A stretch of DNA of 64,000 nt from a bacterium BMS3Bbin05 (GTDB lineage Bacteria > Nitrospirota > Thermodesulfovibrionia > Thermodesulfovibrionales > BMS3Bbin05), in assembly GCA_002897855.1 (NCBI GenBank), contig BDTO01000021.1, positions 10,472-74,471 on the forward strand, in the 5' to 3' direction. The notes beneath the pieces were generated by a model. That model searched no databases, had not been told where the DNA came from, and saw nothing but the letters and a program-made list of their open reading frames with translations. Within the stretch, counting starts at the first letter, position 1, and each line of letters begins with the position of its first letter. The translations under genes were made by a program, and so were the position numbers. Of the stretch, positions 13,458 to 24,280 are shown one piece after another.

Positions 13458-15530
13458 TCAGACACCCTTTATTTTGGAAATTATTGCTTCAGAGATATTT
13501 CTCGGGACATCCTCATACCGGGAAAACTGCATAGTGTATGTTGCCCTTCCCTGGGTCTTTGATCTCAGGTCAGTAGCATATCCAAACATCTCCGAAAGAG
13601 GTACAACAGCGCTTATAACCTGCGCTTTACCCCTCTTTTCCATGGTCTGGATCTTCCCCCTACGGGCATTCAGATCACCGATTACATCTCCCATATATTC
13701 CTCGGGGGTAACAACCTCTACCGTCATGACCGGCTCAAGCAGAACAGGCCTGGCCTTTTTTGCAGCTTCCTTAAACCCCATGGAACCGGCAATCTTAAAT
13801 GCTATCTCCGAGGAATCGACTTCATGATAAGAACCATCATAAAGTGTCACCCTGATATCGACAACAGGATACCCTGCCAGCACGCCCGTCTCCAATGCTT
13901 CTTTTATCCCCTTTTCAACAGCCGAGATATATTCCCTGGGTATGGCGCCCCCTACAATCTTGTTAACAAATTCAAACCCGCTGCCATGGGTAAAAGGCTC
14001 AATTTCCAGATAAACATGCCCATACTGCCCGCGGCCGCCTGTCTGCCTTATATATTTGCCTTCCGCTTTCGCCTTTGTCTTTATGGTCTCCTTATATGCT
14101 ACCTGCGGTTTACCCACATTAGCACCGACCTTAAACTCTCTCATGAGACGATCTACAATAATCTCAAGATGCAGCTCTCCCATGCCGGAGATAATTGTCT
14201 GGGCGGTCTCTTCGTCATAGGAAACCTTAAATGACGGGTCTTCCTGCGCAAGTTTTATAAGTGATATGGAAAGTTTTTCCTGGTCGGCCTTGGTCTTGGG
14301 CTCAACGGCAACGGATATAACCGGATCGGGGAATTCCATGGACTCAAGAATGATAGGATTTTCCTCATCGCAAAGCGTATCCCCGGTTAATGTATGCTTT
14401 AGCCCTACAACAGCAGCTATATCACCCGCCCGCACATCTTTTATTTCCTCCCTCTTATTGGAGTGCATCCTGAGAAGCCTGCTTATCCTCTCTTTTGATC
14501 TCTTTGTCGAATTGTAAGTATAAGATCCGGCTGAAAGCACGCCGGAATACACCCTGATAAACGTAAGCTGGCCGACATAAGGGTCTGTCATTACCTTGAA
14601 TGCAAGGGCTGAGAATGGTTCCTTGTCGGCAGCCTCTCTCTCCGCCATAGTCCCATCAACCGCTATACCCTTAACCGGCGGGACGTCAAGAGGCGAGGGC
14701 AAAAAAAACACAATCGCATCAAGCAGCATCTGCACACCTTTGTTCTTGAATGCAGCACCGCACAGGACCGGTGTATGCTTCAAAGAGACCGTCCCCTTCC
14801 TGAGAGCTTCTCTTATCAGGGCTTCGGGCACATCTTGACCTGCAAGGTATTTTTCCATTATTTCATCATCAATATCCGATAAAGCCTCCAGCATCTTATC
14901 CCTGTATTCCTTCGCCTGCTCCATGTATTCTTCAGGAATTTCATCCTCAACAAATTTTGCCCCAAGGGTCTCATCATCAAAATAATACGCCTTCATGCGG
15001 ATAAGGTCTATCGGTCCCCTGAAATTTTCTTCCGAACCAATGGGTATCTGAACGGGGACAGGATTAGCGTCAAGCCTCTCAATCATGGAATTTACAGAAG
15101 CAATGAAATTCGCTCCTACCCTGTCCATCTTATTAATAAACGCTATCCTTGGAACATCATATTTATTGGCCTGACGCCAGACAGTTTCAGATTGGGGCTC
15201 GACTCCTGAAACAGCATCAAAGACAGCCACCGTTCCATCAAGAACCCTCAACGCTCTTTCCACTTCAATAGTAAAATCAACATGGCCCGGGGTATCGATA
15301 ATATTTATCCTGTGGTCCTTCCAGAAGCAGGTGGTTGCAGCGGAGGTAATGGTAATACCCCTTTCCTGTTCCTGGGGCATCCAGTCCATTACGGCGGTAC
15401 CGTCATGTACCTCTCCTATTTTATATGTTTTGCCTGTATAGTAGAGAACCCTTTCGGTCGTAGTTGTCTTCCCGGCATCAATATGCGCCATAATACCTAT
15501 ATTTCTTGTTTTTTCAAGCGGAAATATCAC
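13458..15530 (-). CDS. fusA: Elongation factor G
   Basis: 690 aa with [21 protein letters not shown] and NKMDR GTPase motifs and EF-G domains III-V. Confidence 0.98.
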   Translation of the reverse strand: MIFPLEKTRNIGIMAHIDAGKTTTTERVLYYTGKTYKIGEVHDGTAVMDWMPQEQERGITITSAATTCFWKDHRINIIDTPGHVDFTIEVERALRVLDGTVAVFDAVSGVEPQSETVWRQANKYDVPRIAFINKMDRVGANFIASVNSMIERLDANPVPVQIPIGSEENFRGPIDLIRMKAYYFDDETLGAKFVEDEIPEEYMEQAKEYRDKMLEALSDIDDEIMEKYLAGQDVPEALIREALRKGTVSLKHTPVLCGAAFKNKGVQMLLDAIVFFLPSPLDVPPVKGIAVDGTMAEREAADKEPFSALAFKVMTDPYVGQLTFIRVYSGVLSAGSYTYNSTKRSKERISRLLRMHSNKREEIKDVRAGDIAAVVGLKHTLTGDTLCDEENPIILESMEFPDPVISVAVEPKTKADQEKLSISLIKLAQEDPSFKVSYDEETAQTIISGMGELHLEIIVDRLMREFKVGANVGKPQVAYKETIKTKAKAEGKYIRQTGGRGQYGHVYLEIEPFTHGSGFEFVNKIVGGAIPREYISAVEKGIKEALETGVLAGYPVVDIRVTLYDGSYHEVDSSEIAFKIAGSMGFKEAAKKARPVLLEPVMTVEVVTPEEYMGDVIGDLNARRGKIQTMEKRGKAQVISAVVPLSEMFGYATDLRSKTQGRATYTMQFSRYEDVPRNISEAIISKIKGV

Positions 15531-15548
15531 AATAAACCTCTATAGAAA

Positions 15549-16019
15549 TTACCATCTGTAATGGGCAAAGGCCTTGTTGGCCTCAGCCATTTTGTGGGTG
15601 TCTTCCTTCTTCTTAATGGAGGAGCCTGTACTATTGTAGGCATCTAAAAGCTCGGCAGCAAGTTTCTCTTTAATGGTTTTTTCACCCCGCTGCCTTGTAT
15701 AATTCCTTATCCATCTGAAGGCAAGCGCAATCTTTCTCTGCGGCCTGACCTCCACGGGGACCTGATATGTTGCACCGCCAACCCTTCTGGGCTTGACCTC
15801 TAAAACAGGTTTCACATTATCAATGGCGGTTTTAAAGACCTTAAGAGGATCTTCCCCCGTCTTTTCCCTGATTATATCGAAAGCGCTATAACAGATCTTC
15901 TCTGCCGTAGCCTTCTGTCCACCCTTCATCAGTATATTGATGAACTTGCTTAACAGAACACTTCCATATTTCGGATCAGGCAAAATCTCTCTTTTCTGGG
16001 CAACTCTCCGTCTTGGCAT
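15549..16019 (-). CDS. rpsG: 30S ribosomal protein S7
   Basis: 156 aa, from [18 protein letters not shown] to [10 protein letters not shown]. Confidence 0.98.
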   Translation of the reverse strand: MPRRRVAQKREILPDPKYGSVLLSKFINILMKGGQKATAEKICYSAFDIIREKTGEDPLKVFKTAIDNVKPVLEVKPRRVGGATYQVPVEVRPQRKIALAFRWIRNYTRQRGEKTIKEKLAAELLDAYNSTGSSIKKKEDTHKMAEANKAFAHYRW

Positions 16020-16029
16020 ATCTTACCTC

Positions 16030-16401
16030 TTACCTGGGCCTTTTCGCGCCATATTTTGACCTGCCTCTTTTTCGAGCATCAACTCCTACAGAGTCCAGTG
16101 CGCCTCTTATTATATGATACTTGACACCTGGAAGGTCTTTTATCCTTCCACCCCTGATAAGAACAATAGAGTGTTCCTGCAGGTTATGGCCGATTCCGGG
16201 GATATATGCCGTTACTTCCATCCCATTTGTAAGGCGCACCCTGGCAACCTTTCTCAGGGCAGAATTCGGCTTCTTGGGTGTAGTCGTATAAACCCTGACA
16301 CATACTCCTCTTCTCTGAGGACACGATTTGAGAGCCGGACTTTTGCTCTTCTTCTCAGTCCGTTTCCTTCCCTGCCTTATCAGCTGTGCAATTGTCGGCA
16401 A
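16030..16401 (-). CDS. rpsL: 30S ribosomal protein S12
   Basis: 123 aa, [12 protein letters not shown]...[21 protein letters not shown]. Confidence 0.98.
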   Translation of the reverse strand: MPTIAQLIRQGRKRTEKKSKSPALKSCPQRRGVCVRVYTTTPKKPNSALRKVARVRLTNGMEVTAYIPGIGHNLQEHSIVLIRGGRIKDLPGVKYHIIRGALDSVGVDARKRGRSKYGAKRPR

Positions 16402-16525
16402 TATTCCTCCTCAAGATTCACTCTTTTTATTTTTAATATTAATATCTCCCCCAAAAAAAATCACAAAAATACTTTTCAATTCCGGAACCATACCACATAG
16501 ACTGTTTCCGAGGGAAAACTCCGAA

Positions 16526-16554
16526 ATGATACCAGAGTAAAATGTTTTTGTCAA
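16526..16554 (-). promoter_or_regulatory. Candidate sigma-70 promoter of the rpsL operon
   Basis: The minus strand reads TTGACA, a 17-nt spacer, then TATCAT. It lies about 120 nt upstream of the rpsL ATG in an AT-rich divergent intergenic region. Confidence 0.4.
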
Positions 16555-16691
16555 GAAAGAAAAAAAGTCTTCCCCTTGCAATCAGGAAAAAAAATAATAC
16601 CATTAATCCATTAAAATAATCAACTCTTTTGAACTAAATTTAAATAATTTTAAGGAAATATTTTTCTCAAATGATTTTAATCTGGTAAACT

Positions 16692-19600
16692 ATGAGAAAA
16701 TCCATCCGGAGGAAACAAATTGTGATGAAAGTGCTTGGCCTCGATGCCGGCTCCGTCAGCGTAAAAGCTGCAATTCTTAATTCCAACGGGAAAATATTAA
16801 AGACATATTACAAAAGACACCATGGCCACCCACTGAACCTTGCCTCAGACATTGTACAGACCGCTTCTAATGAAGCCGGGGGCATCGACTTCATATCCCT
16901 GACAGGGTCAGTGGGAAAAAGAATCGCCGAGTGTCTCGGATATGTACAGGTCAATGAAATCGTTGCATATGCAATCTCTACAATGATTCTGCTCCCGGAA
17001 GTCCGGACAATCATTGAAATGGGAGGCGAGGACTCAAAGCTGATAATCCTTGATGAAAGCGGCACAAGAGATTTTGCGATGAACTCCGTATGTGCGGCCG
17101 GCACTGGTTCGTTTCTGGACCAGCAGGCCGAACGGTTGCGCCTCTCAATAGAGGAATTCGGCAAAATGGCCCTGACGTCCGCAAAGCCTCCGAGAGTCGC
17201 GGGCAGGTGCAGCGTTTTTGCAAAATCAGACATGATACACCTGCAACAGATAGCCACACCCGTAGAAGATATTGTTGCCGGGCTCTGTTTTGCTGTAGCA
17301 AGAAACTTTAAAGGAAGCATTGCAAAGGGCAGAGAAATTCGCATGCCCGTATCATTTCAGGGCGGGGTAGCCGCAAACCCGGGCATGAAGAGGGCGTTTC
17401 TGAAAATCCTCGAAATAGATGATATTATTATCCCTGAACACTTTGCATGCATGGGTGCGATTGGGGCAGCTCTCAAGTCAATTGAAGATGACGATCTTGC
17501 CCCTCTTGATATTCCATCGATCAGGAATCTTGCCGGCAACACAACCTTCTCATATAGTTCCCTGAAACCGTTAGTTTCTGAAAATGATGATTTCTTTCTG
17601 AGACATAATGCAACTTGCGGAAGTTCCGGCTCCTATCTCGATGCCGGGAATGAAAAGATACCGGCATACCTGGGGATTGACATCGGTTCCATCAGCACTA
17701 ACCTGGCCGTCACGGATATTGACGGCGGCTTGATTGCAAAAAGATACCTGATGACGGCAGGCAGGCCGATTGAGGCGGTACTTCAGGGACTGAGGGAAAT
17801 ACATGAAGAGGTTGGAGAAAAGATAGATATTAAAGGTGTGGGAACCACGGGTTCAGGCAGGTACATGATAGCTGATTTCGTTGGCGCCGATATTGTCAAG
17901 AATGAGATAACCGCCCAGGCTACTGCAGCTACCTTTATCAATCCTGATGTCGACACTATCTTTGAAATAGGCGGACAGGATTCAAAGTATATATCTCTCG
18001 AAGACGGTGTCATAGTTGATTTTGAAATGAACAAGGCCTGCGCGGCAGGCACAGGGTCTTTCCTTGAAGAACAGGCGGAAAAACTCAGGATACAGATCAA
18101 AAATGAATTTGAAGAGTGTGCCTTATCTTCCAATCACCCCTGTCATCTCGGTGAAAGATGCACGGTATTTATGGAAAACTCCCTCAGGGCAAATCTTCAG
18201 AGAGGAGTAGAGAGGAATGATCTCCTTGCAGGTCTTGCATATTCGATCGTACAGAATTATATAAACCGTGTAGTTGCCGGCAAAAAAATCGGTAAAAACA
18301 TCTTCTTCCAGGGTGGAGTCGCATTCAATAAAAGTGTTATCGCAGCCTTTGAAAAATTCCTCGGCACAAGGGTAACCGTTCCTCCGCACCATGATGTGAC
18401 GGGTGCAATCGGAATGGCCATTATCGTAAGGGAATACATAAAGAAGCACAACATTACAGAAAGCAGATTCAAGGGATTCGGCATCTACAGCAGAAGATAC
18501 GAGACTTCATCATTTGAATGCCGCGGGTGTCCGAACATGTGTGAGATAAACAGGGTAAAGATCGAAGCTGAAGACACCAGGCTGTTCTACGGTGGCAGGT
18601 GCGAAAGATACGATATTAACAGGGGCAAAGGCGGGAATCTTCCCGATCTGTTCCTATTCAGGGAAGAAATGCTCTGGAAGGCCCATATGGCCAGGGCCGG
18701 GATTAATGAAATTCGCCATGATAACGGCAAAAACGGGGGATCACGGACCGGATGGACCATAGGGATACCTTATATATTTCTCTTCCATGACTATCTGCCG
18801 TTCTGGGCGACACTACTTTGGGAACTCGGATTTAATGTTGTCGTATCACCGAAGACAAACAGACAGATTGCCAATCTTGGGGTAGAAGCGGTACTTTCCG
18901 AAAGCTGTTTTCCGGTGAAGGTTGCGCACGGTCACATAAAATACCTTCTGGATAGCGGGGTTGATGCCATTATTGCACCCAGCTATATAAACCTGTCCCA
19001 TACGAAATCCGGAAACTCTGTTCCATGCCCTTATACTCAGACAATACCCTACCTTGCAAGGATTGCCTTCAACGCAAAGAATATCCTGGCTCCCGTAATA
19101 AAGATAGATAATGGCAAGAATGCCGTAATCAATGAGATAAAGAATTCCCTCAGGCAATTTAATATTACAACCCGCAGTATCAGGGCAGCCTATATCAAAG
19201 CAGAAGAGGCGCAGGGGGAATTTGAGGAAACGATAAAGAAGAAGGGAAAAGAAATTATCGGAGCGCTCGACAAGAAAGCCATTGTTATAATGGGAAGGTC
19301 ATACAACTCATTTGACAGCGGAGTAAATCTGCAGATTCCGCAGAAACTCTCCACTCTGGAAACACTTGCAATCCCCATGGATTTCCTTCCGGTGGACGAT
19401 ATCGATATCTCCGACAGATGGAACAATATGTACTGGAGAAACGGCCAAAAGATTCTTAAGGCTGCGCGGTATTTAAGAAATCATCCCTTCCTCTATCCTA
19501 TATTTATAGGGAACTTTTCATGCGGTCCCGATTCATTCATACTCAATTTCCTCCCGGAGGAACTGGGAAACAAACCTTTTCTGCATGTGGAGATAGACGA

Positions 19601-20939
19601 GCATAGTGCAGACGCCGGCGCCATTACCAGATGTGAGGCATACCTGGACAGTATCGGTAATAAAAAGAAAGAAACAGATGAAGTGCAGCGGACTTACATA
19701 TCCTCCAGCAGAGTTACTTCTTCAATGAAAAAGCGGAAAATATTCATACCGAGGATGTCCGACCATGCCTTTGCACTCGCCGCTGCATTTGAGGCCTCCG
19801 GCGTCGAGGCGCAAGTGCTGCCGCCAACCGACGACGAGGCAATAAAGCTCGGGAGGATGAATGTGTCAGGCAAGGAATGCTACCCATGTGCCGTTACCAC
19901 GGGCGACATGCTGAAACAGGCATTGTCCGGGGATTTTGATCCGGAGAGATCCGCCTTCTTCATGCCATCAGGCACGGGTCCCTGCCGGTTCGGACAGTAT
20001 AATGTCTTCCACAGGCTCATACTCGACAGGCACGGTTTTGGTAATGTTCCCATCTATGCCCCTGTCCAGGACACCGAATTTTATAACGACCTCGGCAGTG
20101 TAAGTGACATCTTTATAAAAAAATCGTGGGAAGGGATAATTGCCATCGAATTGCTGACAAAATGCCTGCATGAAACAAGACCGTATGAAAAGGAAAAAGG
20201 CAGGTCCGAAGATATTTACGATAATCACCTGAATCACATTTATAAATCCATCAAGTCGGGCAACGGCTCGCTTGAAGGCGCTCTGAGTGATATGAGGGAA
20301 GATTTTGAATCTATAGAAAAAAACGGAGAAAAAAAACCGCTTATCGGCATCGTGGGCGAGATATTCGTGCGTTCCAACAAATTCTCAAATGAGTCACTCG
20401 TCCGGAAAATCGAGGAACTCGGGGGAGAGGCATGGCTGTCACCCATTGAAGAATGGATTTATTACACCAACTACACAGCCATCAGAAATGCCTTGCGAAA
20501 AAAAGGACTGTCTGGTATCATAGGTCTTTCTTTAAAATCGCTCTTTCAAAAAAGGATAGAACACAAGTATGCGGGATATTTTAAAGGTTTCCTGAAGACT
20601 CTGCATGAGCCGGATTCAAAGACAATCCTCCGGAAAGCCGCCCCTTATATACACGACTCGTTTGAGGGGGAAGCTATTCTCAGCATCGGCAAGACGGTCG
20701 ATCTGATCGAAAGGGGGGCTTCGGGTATTGTTAATGCAATGCCCTTCGGCTGCATGCCGGGCACCATCGTAACTGCATTCATGCAGTACCTGGGTAAACA
20801 ATATCATATACCCTGCATAAGCATACCTTATGACGGTACAGAGTCAACTACAACGCATTTGCAGATTGAGGCATTCATGGAACAGACAAAAAGCAAAAAA
20901 ACTGTAAATAAACCAGTGCCCGGAGATATACGCAGATAA
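16692..20939 (+). CDS. Giant fused BadF/BadG/BcrA/BcrD-type ATPase (two activase modules) with a large C-terminal region, possibly dehydratase-like
   Basis: 1415 aa. There are two tandem acetate/sugar-kinase-fold activase modules (LGLDAGSVSVKAAIL...CAAGTGSFLDQQ and LGIDIGSISTNLAV...CAAGTGSFLEEQ). These are followed by a Cys-rich linker (CRGCPNMCEINR) and about 800 aa that I recall as DUF2229/HgdB-like. A GTG/ATG at 16722/16725 (MKVLGLDAG) after GGAGGA is the likelier start. Confidence 0.8.
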   Translation: MRKSIRRKQIVMKVLGLDAGSVSVKAAILNSNGKILKTYYKRHHGHPLNLASDIVQTASNEAGGIDFISLTGSVGKRIAECLGYVQVNEIVAYAISTMILLPEVRTIIEMGGEDSKLIILDESGTRDFAMNSVCAAGTGSFLDQQAERLRLSIEEFGKMALTSAKPPRVAGRCSVFAKSDMIHLQQIATPVEDIVAGLCFAVARNFKGSIAKGREIRMPVSFQGGVAANPGMKRAFLKILEIDDIIIPEHFACMGAIGAALKSIEDDDLAPLDIPSIRNLAGNTTFSYSSLKPLVSENDDFFLRHNATCGSSGSYLDAGNEKIPAYLGIDIGSISTNLAVTDIDGGLIAKRYLMTAGRPIEAVLQGLREIHEEVGEKIDIKGVGTTGSGRYMIADFVGADIVKNEITAQATAATFINPDVDTIFEIGGQDSKYISLEDGVIVDFEMNKACAAGTGSFLEEQAEKLRIQIKNEFEECALSSNHPCHLGERCTVFMENSLRANLQRGVERNDLLAGLAYSIVQNYINRVVAGKKIGKNIFFQGGVAFNKSVIAAFEKFLGTRVTVPPHHDVTGAIGMAIIVREYIKKHNITESRFKGFGIYSRRYETSSFECRGCPNMCEINRVKIEAEDTRLFYGGRCERYDINRGKGGNLPDLFLFREEMLWKAHMARAGINEIRHDNGKNGGSRTGWTIGIPYIFLFHDYLPFWATLLWELGFNVVVSPKTNRQIANLGVEAVLSESCFPVKVAHGHIKYLLDSGVDAIIAPSYINLSHTKSGNSVPCPYTQTIPYLARIAFNAKNILAPVIKIDNGKNAVINEIKNSLRQFNITTRSIRAAYIKAEEAQGEFEETIKKKGKEIIGALDKKAIVIMGRSYNSFDSGVNLQIPQKLSTLETLAIPMDFLPVDDIDISDRWNNMYWRNGQKILKAARYLRNHPFLYPIFIGNFSCGPDSFILNFLPEELGNKPFLHVEIDEHSADAGAITRCEAYLDSIGNKKKETDEVQRTYISSSRVTSSMKKRKIFIPRMSDHAFALAAAFEASGVEAQVLPPTDDEAIKLGRMNVSGKECYPCAVTTGDMLKQALSGDFDPERSAFFMPSGTGPCRFGQYNVFHRLILDRHGFGNVPIYAPVQDTEFYNDLGSVSDIFIKKSWEGIIAIELLTKCLHETRPYEKEKGRSEDIYDNHLNHIYKSIKSGNGSLEGALSDMREDFESIEKNGEKKPLIGIVGEIFVRSNKFSNESLVRKIEELGGEAWLSPIEEWIYYTNYTAIRNALRKKGLSGIIGLSLKSLFQKRIEHKYAGYFKGFLKTLHEPDSKTILRKAAPYIHDSFEGEAILSIGKTVDLIERGASGIVNAMPFGCMPGTIVTAFMQYLGKQYHIPCISIPYDGTESTTTHLQIEAFMEQTKSKKTVNKPVPGDIRR

Positions 20940-21046
20940 AACATATGCTCTTTTTTCTCTACATACTCTCTTAGTGAAGAAAACAGATATATTCCAATTG
21001 AAAGATATTAAGAAAATAAAATTATTTTAAGTCAGGAGGTGATTCA

Positions 21047-21136
21047 GTGGGGAATGTCAAGAAATGGCGTAAGAAGAAGATGAGCAAACACAAACACAAA
21101 AAGCTGCTTAGAAAAATGAAATTCAAGAAAAGGTAA
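21047..21136 (+). CDS. Very basic 29-aa protein resembling ribosomal protein bS22 (AURKAIP1/COX24-like)
   Basis: Below the ORF-track cutoff. AGGAGGTGATTCA precedes a GTG start. My translation is (M)GNVKKWRKKKMSKHKHKKLLRKMKFKKR followed by a stop. It resembles actinobacterial bS22 as I remember it ([33 protein letters not shown]). Confidence 0.6.
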   Translation: MGNVKKWRKKKMSKHKHKKLLRKMKFKKR

Positions 21137-21146
21137 TGTTTGAAAA

Positions 21147-21362
21147 ATGAAAGAAGAAATTGAACTGAGAGAAAGACTTAAGATGGTCGAGCGGGAGTTG
21201 GGCACGCTGGTTGACGAACTCCAGAAGCTCGAAAAGGAAATGAAGGAAATGAAGGAAATGAAGGATGAGTTAAAGGCGATTAAACTCTTCCTCGGGAAAG
21301 AATTCCCTGATTTCCGGAACAGATACCCCGAACTGCTGAAAAAGATCTGCGCTCAGTCATAG
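21147..21362 (+). CDS. Small coiled-coil protein, function unknown
   Basis: 71 aa, Glu/Lys/Leu-rich with a heptad-like pattern. It contains the tandem 9-bp repeat (GAAATGAAG)x3 at 21237-21263, encoding EMKEMKEMK. It starts 10 nt after the bS22-like ORF. Confidence 0.45.
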   Translation: MKEEIELRERLKMVERELGTLVDELQKLEKEMKEMKEMKDELKAIKLFLGKEFPDFRNRYPELLKKICAQS

Positions 21363-22102
21363 CGGGTCACAATTATTCCCACAAAGGGCATGCCTCTCAG
21401 GTATTGTTCGAGAGCAACTTTTTTCACCGCTCCCGAACCATTCTTTATCCCGCTCGCATGTATGAGGAATATACCCTTATTTTTAACCGAGACGATACCA
21501 ATATGTCCTATGATTTCTCCTACTTTTCTTTTTTCAGGGTCTTTAACAAAGAAGATTATATCCCCGTTTTTCATGTTTCCGACTGAATTAACCGCCTGAT
21601 CATTCAATATTACATCAACGCTGTTGATTCCCCTTGCACCTTTAAGAGGGGTGGTTCGGCCAATCTCTGCGCTTACATCCCTTCCGAACTTGCCGCTCCT
21701 TATCATAGCAATGCCATACCGATACCTGTCATCGTAATTGGTGACCTTTCCGTGGCTGTCAAGCTTTCCACGGGTATGAAACCTCACTGTGAGCGCCCGT
21801 TGCACGGTTCCGGCATATGATTTGCTCATGGCAAGCTCAACCGTCCTGAAAGTCATATACATACAATCGACCCTGTCATCCGCAATGATTGCACGATTCC
21901 TCACGTATTCGCCAAGGGGGTCAGGGTCATACGGGGTGCCGACAAACTTCTCCGCCCAGAAGGCCACCCTGTCACCGACAGGCAGGCTGTCTATCTTATG
22001 ATGTGCTTCATTAAACTCAGATTCAGTAATAACAATGCTGAATGACACTACAGGTATAAACAGCACCGCCACCAATACAGATATAGTGATAATTTTCCTC
22101 AT
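21353..22102 (-). CDS. Secreted DUF1460-like (amidase / NlpC-P60-like) protein
   Basis: 249 aa with an N-terminal signal-like segment (MRKIITISVLVAVLFIPVVSF). It has FVGTPYDPDPLGE...DRVDCMYMTFRTVELAM and GDIIFF...GHIGIV...IHASG blocks, as I recall for DUF1460. Confidence 0.55.
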   Translation of the reverse strand: MRKIITISVLVAVLFIPVVSFSIVITESEFNEAHHKIDSLPVGDRVAFWAEKFVGTPYDPDPLGEYVRNRAIIADDRVDCMYMTFRTVELAMSKSYAGTVQRALTVRFHTRGKLDSHGKVTNYDDRYRYGIAMIRSGKFGRDVSAEIGRTTPLKGARGINSVDVILNDQAVNSVGNMKNGDIIFFVKDPEKRKVGEIIGHIGIVSVKNKGIFLIHASGIKNGSGAVKKVALEQYLRGMPFVGIIVTRYD

Positions 22103-22154
22103 AGTTTAATTATAATGGACAGACTCGTAAAAAATCGATGGGGGCTTTGTATCT

Positions 22155-23166
22155 GTGACATACGACGGCAAGATAGATATTACTTTCCATGAAGGGGAAA
22201 AATCCCGTCCCATGGCAGTCTTTATTCACGGCCTTGGGATGGACAAGAATATCTGGACAGACCCCGGCAAGTCACGCATCATGGCCGGGAGGTTCCCTTT
22301 AGACGTTTTACTGAGGGAAAAACCCGTGGCTCGGACATCCCGGGAGAAACCCCGGACGGTATATAAAGTCACCGCGGGAACAACACCCAAAAAATTCAAC
22401 ACTCTTTTTCATCAATTTAAAACAATGGGCTTTCACGTACTGGCATGGTCGCAAAAAAGACCTGCATCCAATGCCGACAAGGCTGTAAATGAACTTAAGG
22501 CGATCCTGCACGACTATTCCGGTTTCACTCATAACGGGGTAATCCTCACCGGGCACAGCAGGGGAGGTATTGTCGGCAGAAGCTATGCGTTGCAGTTTCC
22601 GCATAATATCCGGGCGCTGATATCCATTGCATCCCCGTTCAGGGGCAGTTCCCTTGCCAGATGGGCGGATATAATCTCAAAAACCCTCGTTCTCATAAAC
22701 CCTTTTTTAAAGAATACACAGAAAGGGACTGTAAAGAACAACATAAAACATGTACTCGATTTTATAAACAGCACTGCTGTAAAAGAGCTGTTGCCGGGTT
22801 CAGAACTACTCACATCACTCGATTCCCTTCTGCCGCCACACATAAAATCGATCTGTATCGCCGGTACGCACCCGGAGCTATTCAGCCTTTATTCATGGCA
22901 TGTGAATTGCAAAAAAAAATAGATATATGCTGAAACCAAAATTGCTATTTACATTTCCGGGTTCTTTGGGTAAATTATTACCTGATATGATTGTACCTGA
23001 TGAAATGAGAAATGGCCGGGGTGACGGGCTTGTAACCAAAGAAAGCTCTCTCTTTTACAAGTCCGGCGATGCCGGCATTTATCCCTTCAACCATGCCGGC
23101 CTGCTGTTCGCAGATAGTGTAAAGGGAAAGATTATTGAATTTGCAAGGAAAGAGGTCCGGCCATGA
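22155..23166 (+). pseudogene. Alpha/beta hydrolase (PGAP1/lipase-like) interrupted by a frameshift in an A9 run
   Basis: ORF 22155-22922 carries the nucleophile elbow GHSRGG and IASPFRGS. ORF 22927-23166, in the +1 frame, carries the expected acid and His region (GDGLVTKESS...NHAGLL). The two frames overlap at aaaaaaaaa (22911-22919). Removing one A fuses them as ...WHVNCKKNRYMLKPKLL.... Confidence 0.6.
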
Positions 23167-24263
23167 CAACTTCAATTATTATTGCCCTGGCACTCATTTC
23201 GATATTCTTGTCAGCTATATACATGAGAAACAGAAAAGTCTCTACTAATATCAAATGTCATAATGAAAAACAGCTCAAGACGATCAGAGAACTCAATATA
23301 ACCAACGAACTCTCCGCTTCGCTCCTTTCAAGCCTCGATATGGAAAGCGCCGTTGACATTCTGCTTGACAGGTCAAGAGAACTTCTAAAGGCAACCCGCT
23401 CCGCTGTTATTCTTACAAATAAAAACGGCGGAATCGAGGGATTTTTTACATCTTTAGGGCCATCATCGGGATGTAAGGTCAAACTGACCGGTATACTCCG
23501 GAAAGCATACGAGGATATGGTCCCTGCGAGAGGAGATGATATACCTTCCATGCCGGGGTTTGACGGTCTCCCCGATAACCATCCTGATATAAGCGGTATT
23601 ATTGTTGTTCCGATAATCCTCAGAGGAGAGATTATCGGAGAATTAATGGTAACGGACAAAAATAATGGGAAGGATTTCACTTCAGAGGACGAAGACCTGC
23701 TTCTTACCATCGCCTTCTATCTGGGTCTTACAATAGAGAAGGTGAACCTGCACGACGAAATAGTGAAAATGGCCTCTACCGACGGCCTTACCGGATTGCA
23801 TAACCACAGGACGTTGCAGGAAAGACTTGAAAATGAGATAGACAGGGTCAAGAGGTACAAGCGTCCTTTTTCTCTTATGATGATTGATATAGACCATTTT
23901 AAGAATTTTAACGATAAGTTCGGTCATCAGACGGGGGACGAAGTATTAAAATTAATATCAGCCATAATGACGAAAAACATGAGGAGTATTGATATGGCCG
24001 CAAGGTACGGCGGCGAGGAATTTGCTGTAATCCTTTCGGAAACTCCCTTGTCAGGGGCACTTCAAATAGCAGAGAGGATAAGAGAGCAGATAAAAGACAA
24101 CAAAATAGAACTAAAAGGTGAAGAAGTAACCATAACCGTCAGCATCGGTATAGCCGAATTCCCGGAAGACGGCTCAACCCGGGAGGGACTTATCGGAGCA
24201 GCCGACAAGGCGCTCTATCTTGCAAAACGTTCCGGCAGGAACAGGGTCTGCACGTATAGATAA
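23163..24263 (+). CDS. Diguanylate cyclase (N-terminal TM helix, GAF, GGDEF)
   Basis: 366 aa with a GAF-like central region and a GGDEF domain carrying the active-site GGEEF (ARYGGEEFAVIL). The start ATGA overlaps the preceding ORF. Confidence 0.9.
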   Translation: MTTSIIIALALISIFLSAIYMRNRKVSTNIKCHNEKQLKTIRELNITNELSASLLSSLDMESAVDILLDRSRELLKATRSAVILTNKNGGIEGFFTSLGPSSGCKVKLTGILRKAYEDMVPARGDDIPSMPGFDGLPDNHPDISGIIVVPIILRGEIIGELMVTDKNNGKDFTSEDEDLLLTIAFYLGLTIEKVNLHDEIVKMASTDGLTGLHNHRTLQERLENEIDRVKRYKRPFSLMMIDIDHFKNFNDKFGHQTGDEVLKLISAIMTKNMRSIDMAARYGGEEFAVILSETPLSGALQIAERIREQIKDNKIELKGEEVTITVSIGIAEFPEDGSTREGLIGAADKALYLAKRSGRNRVCTYR

Positions 24264-24280
24264 AGCATGGGATTCATCAT

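Noticed and set aside
21237-21263. The (GAAATGAAG)x3 tandem repeat as a phase-variation switch.
   Set aside because: The repeat unit is 9 bp, so copy-number change keeps the frame. It is probably just coiled-coil low complexity, and I note it only under the feature.
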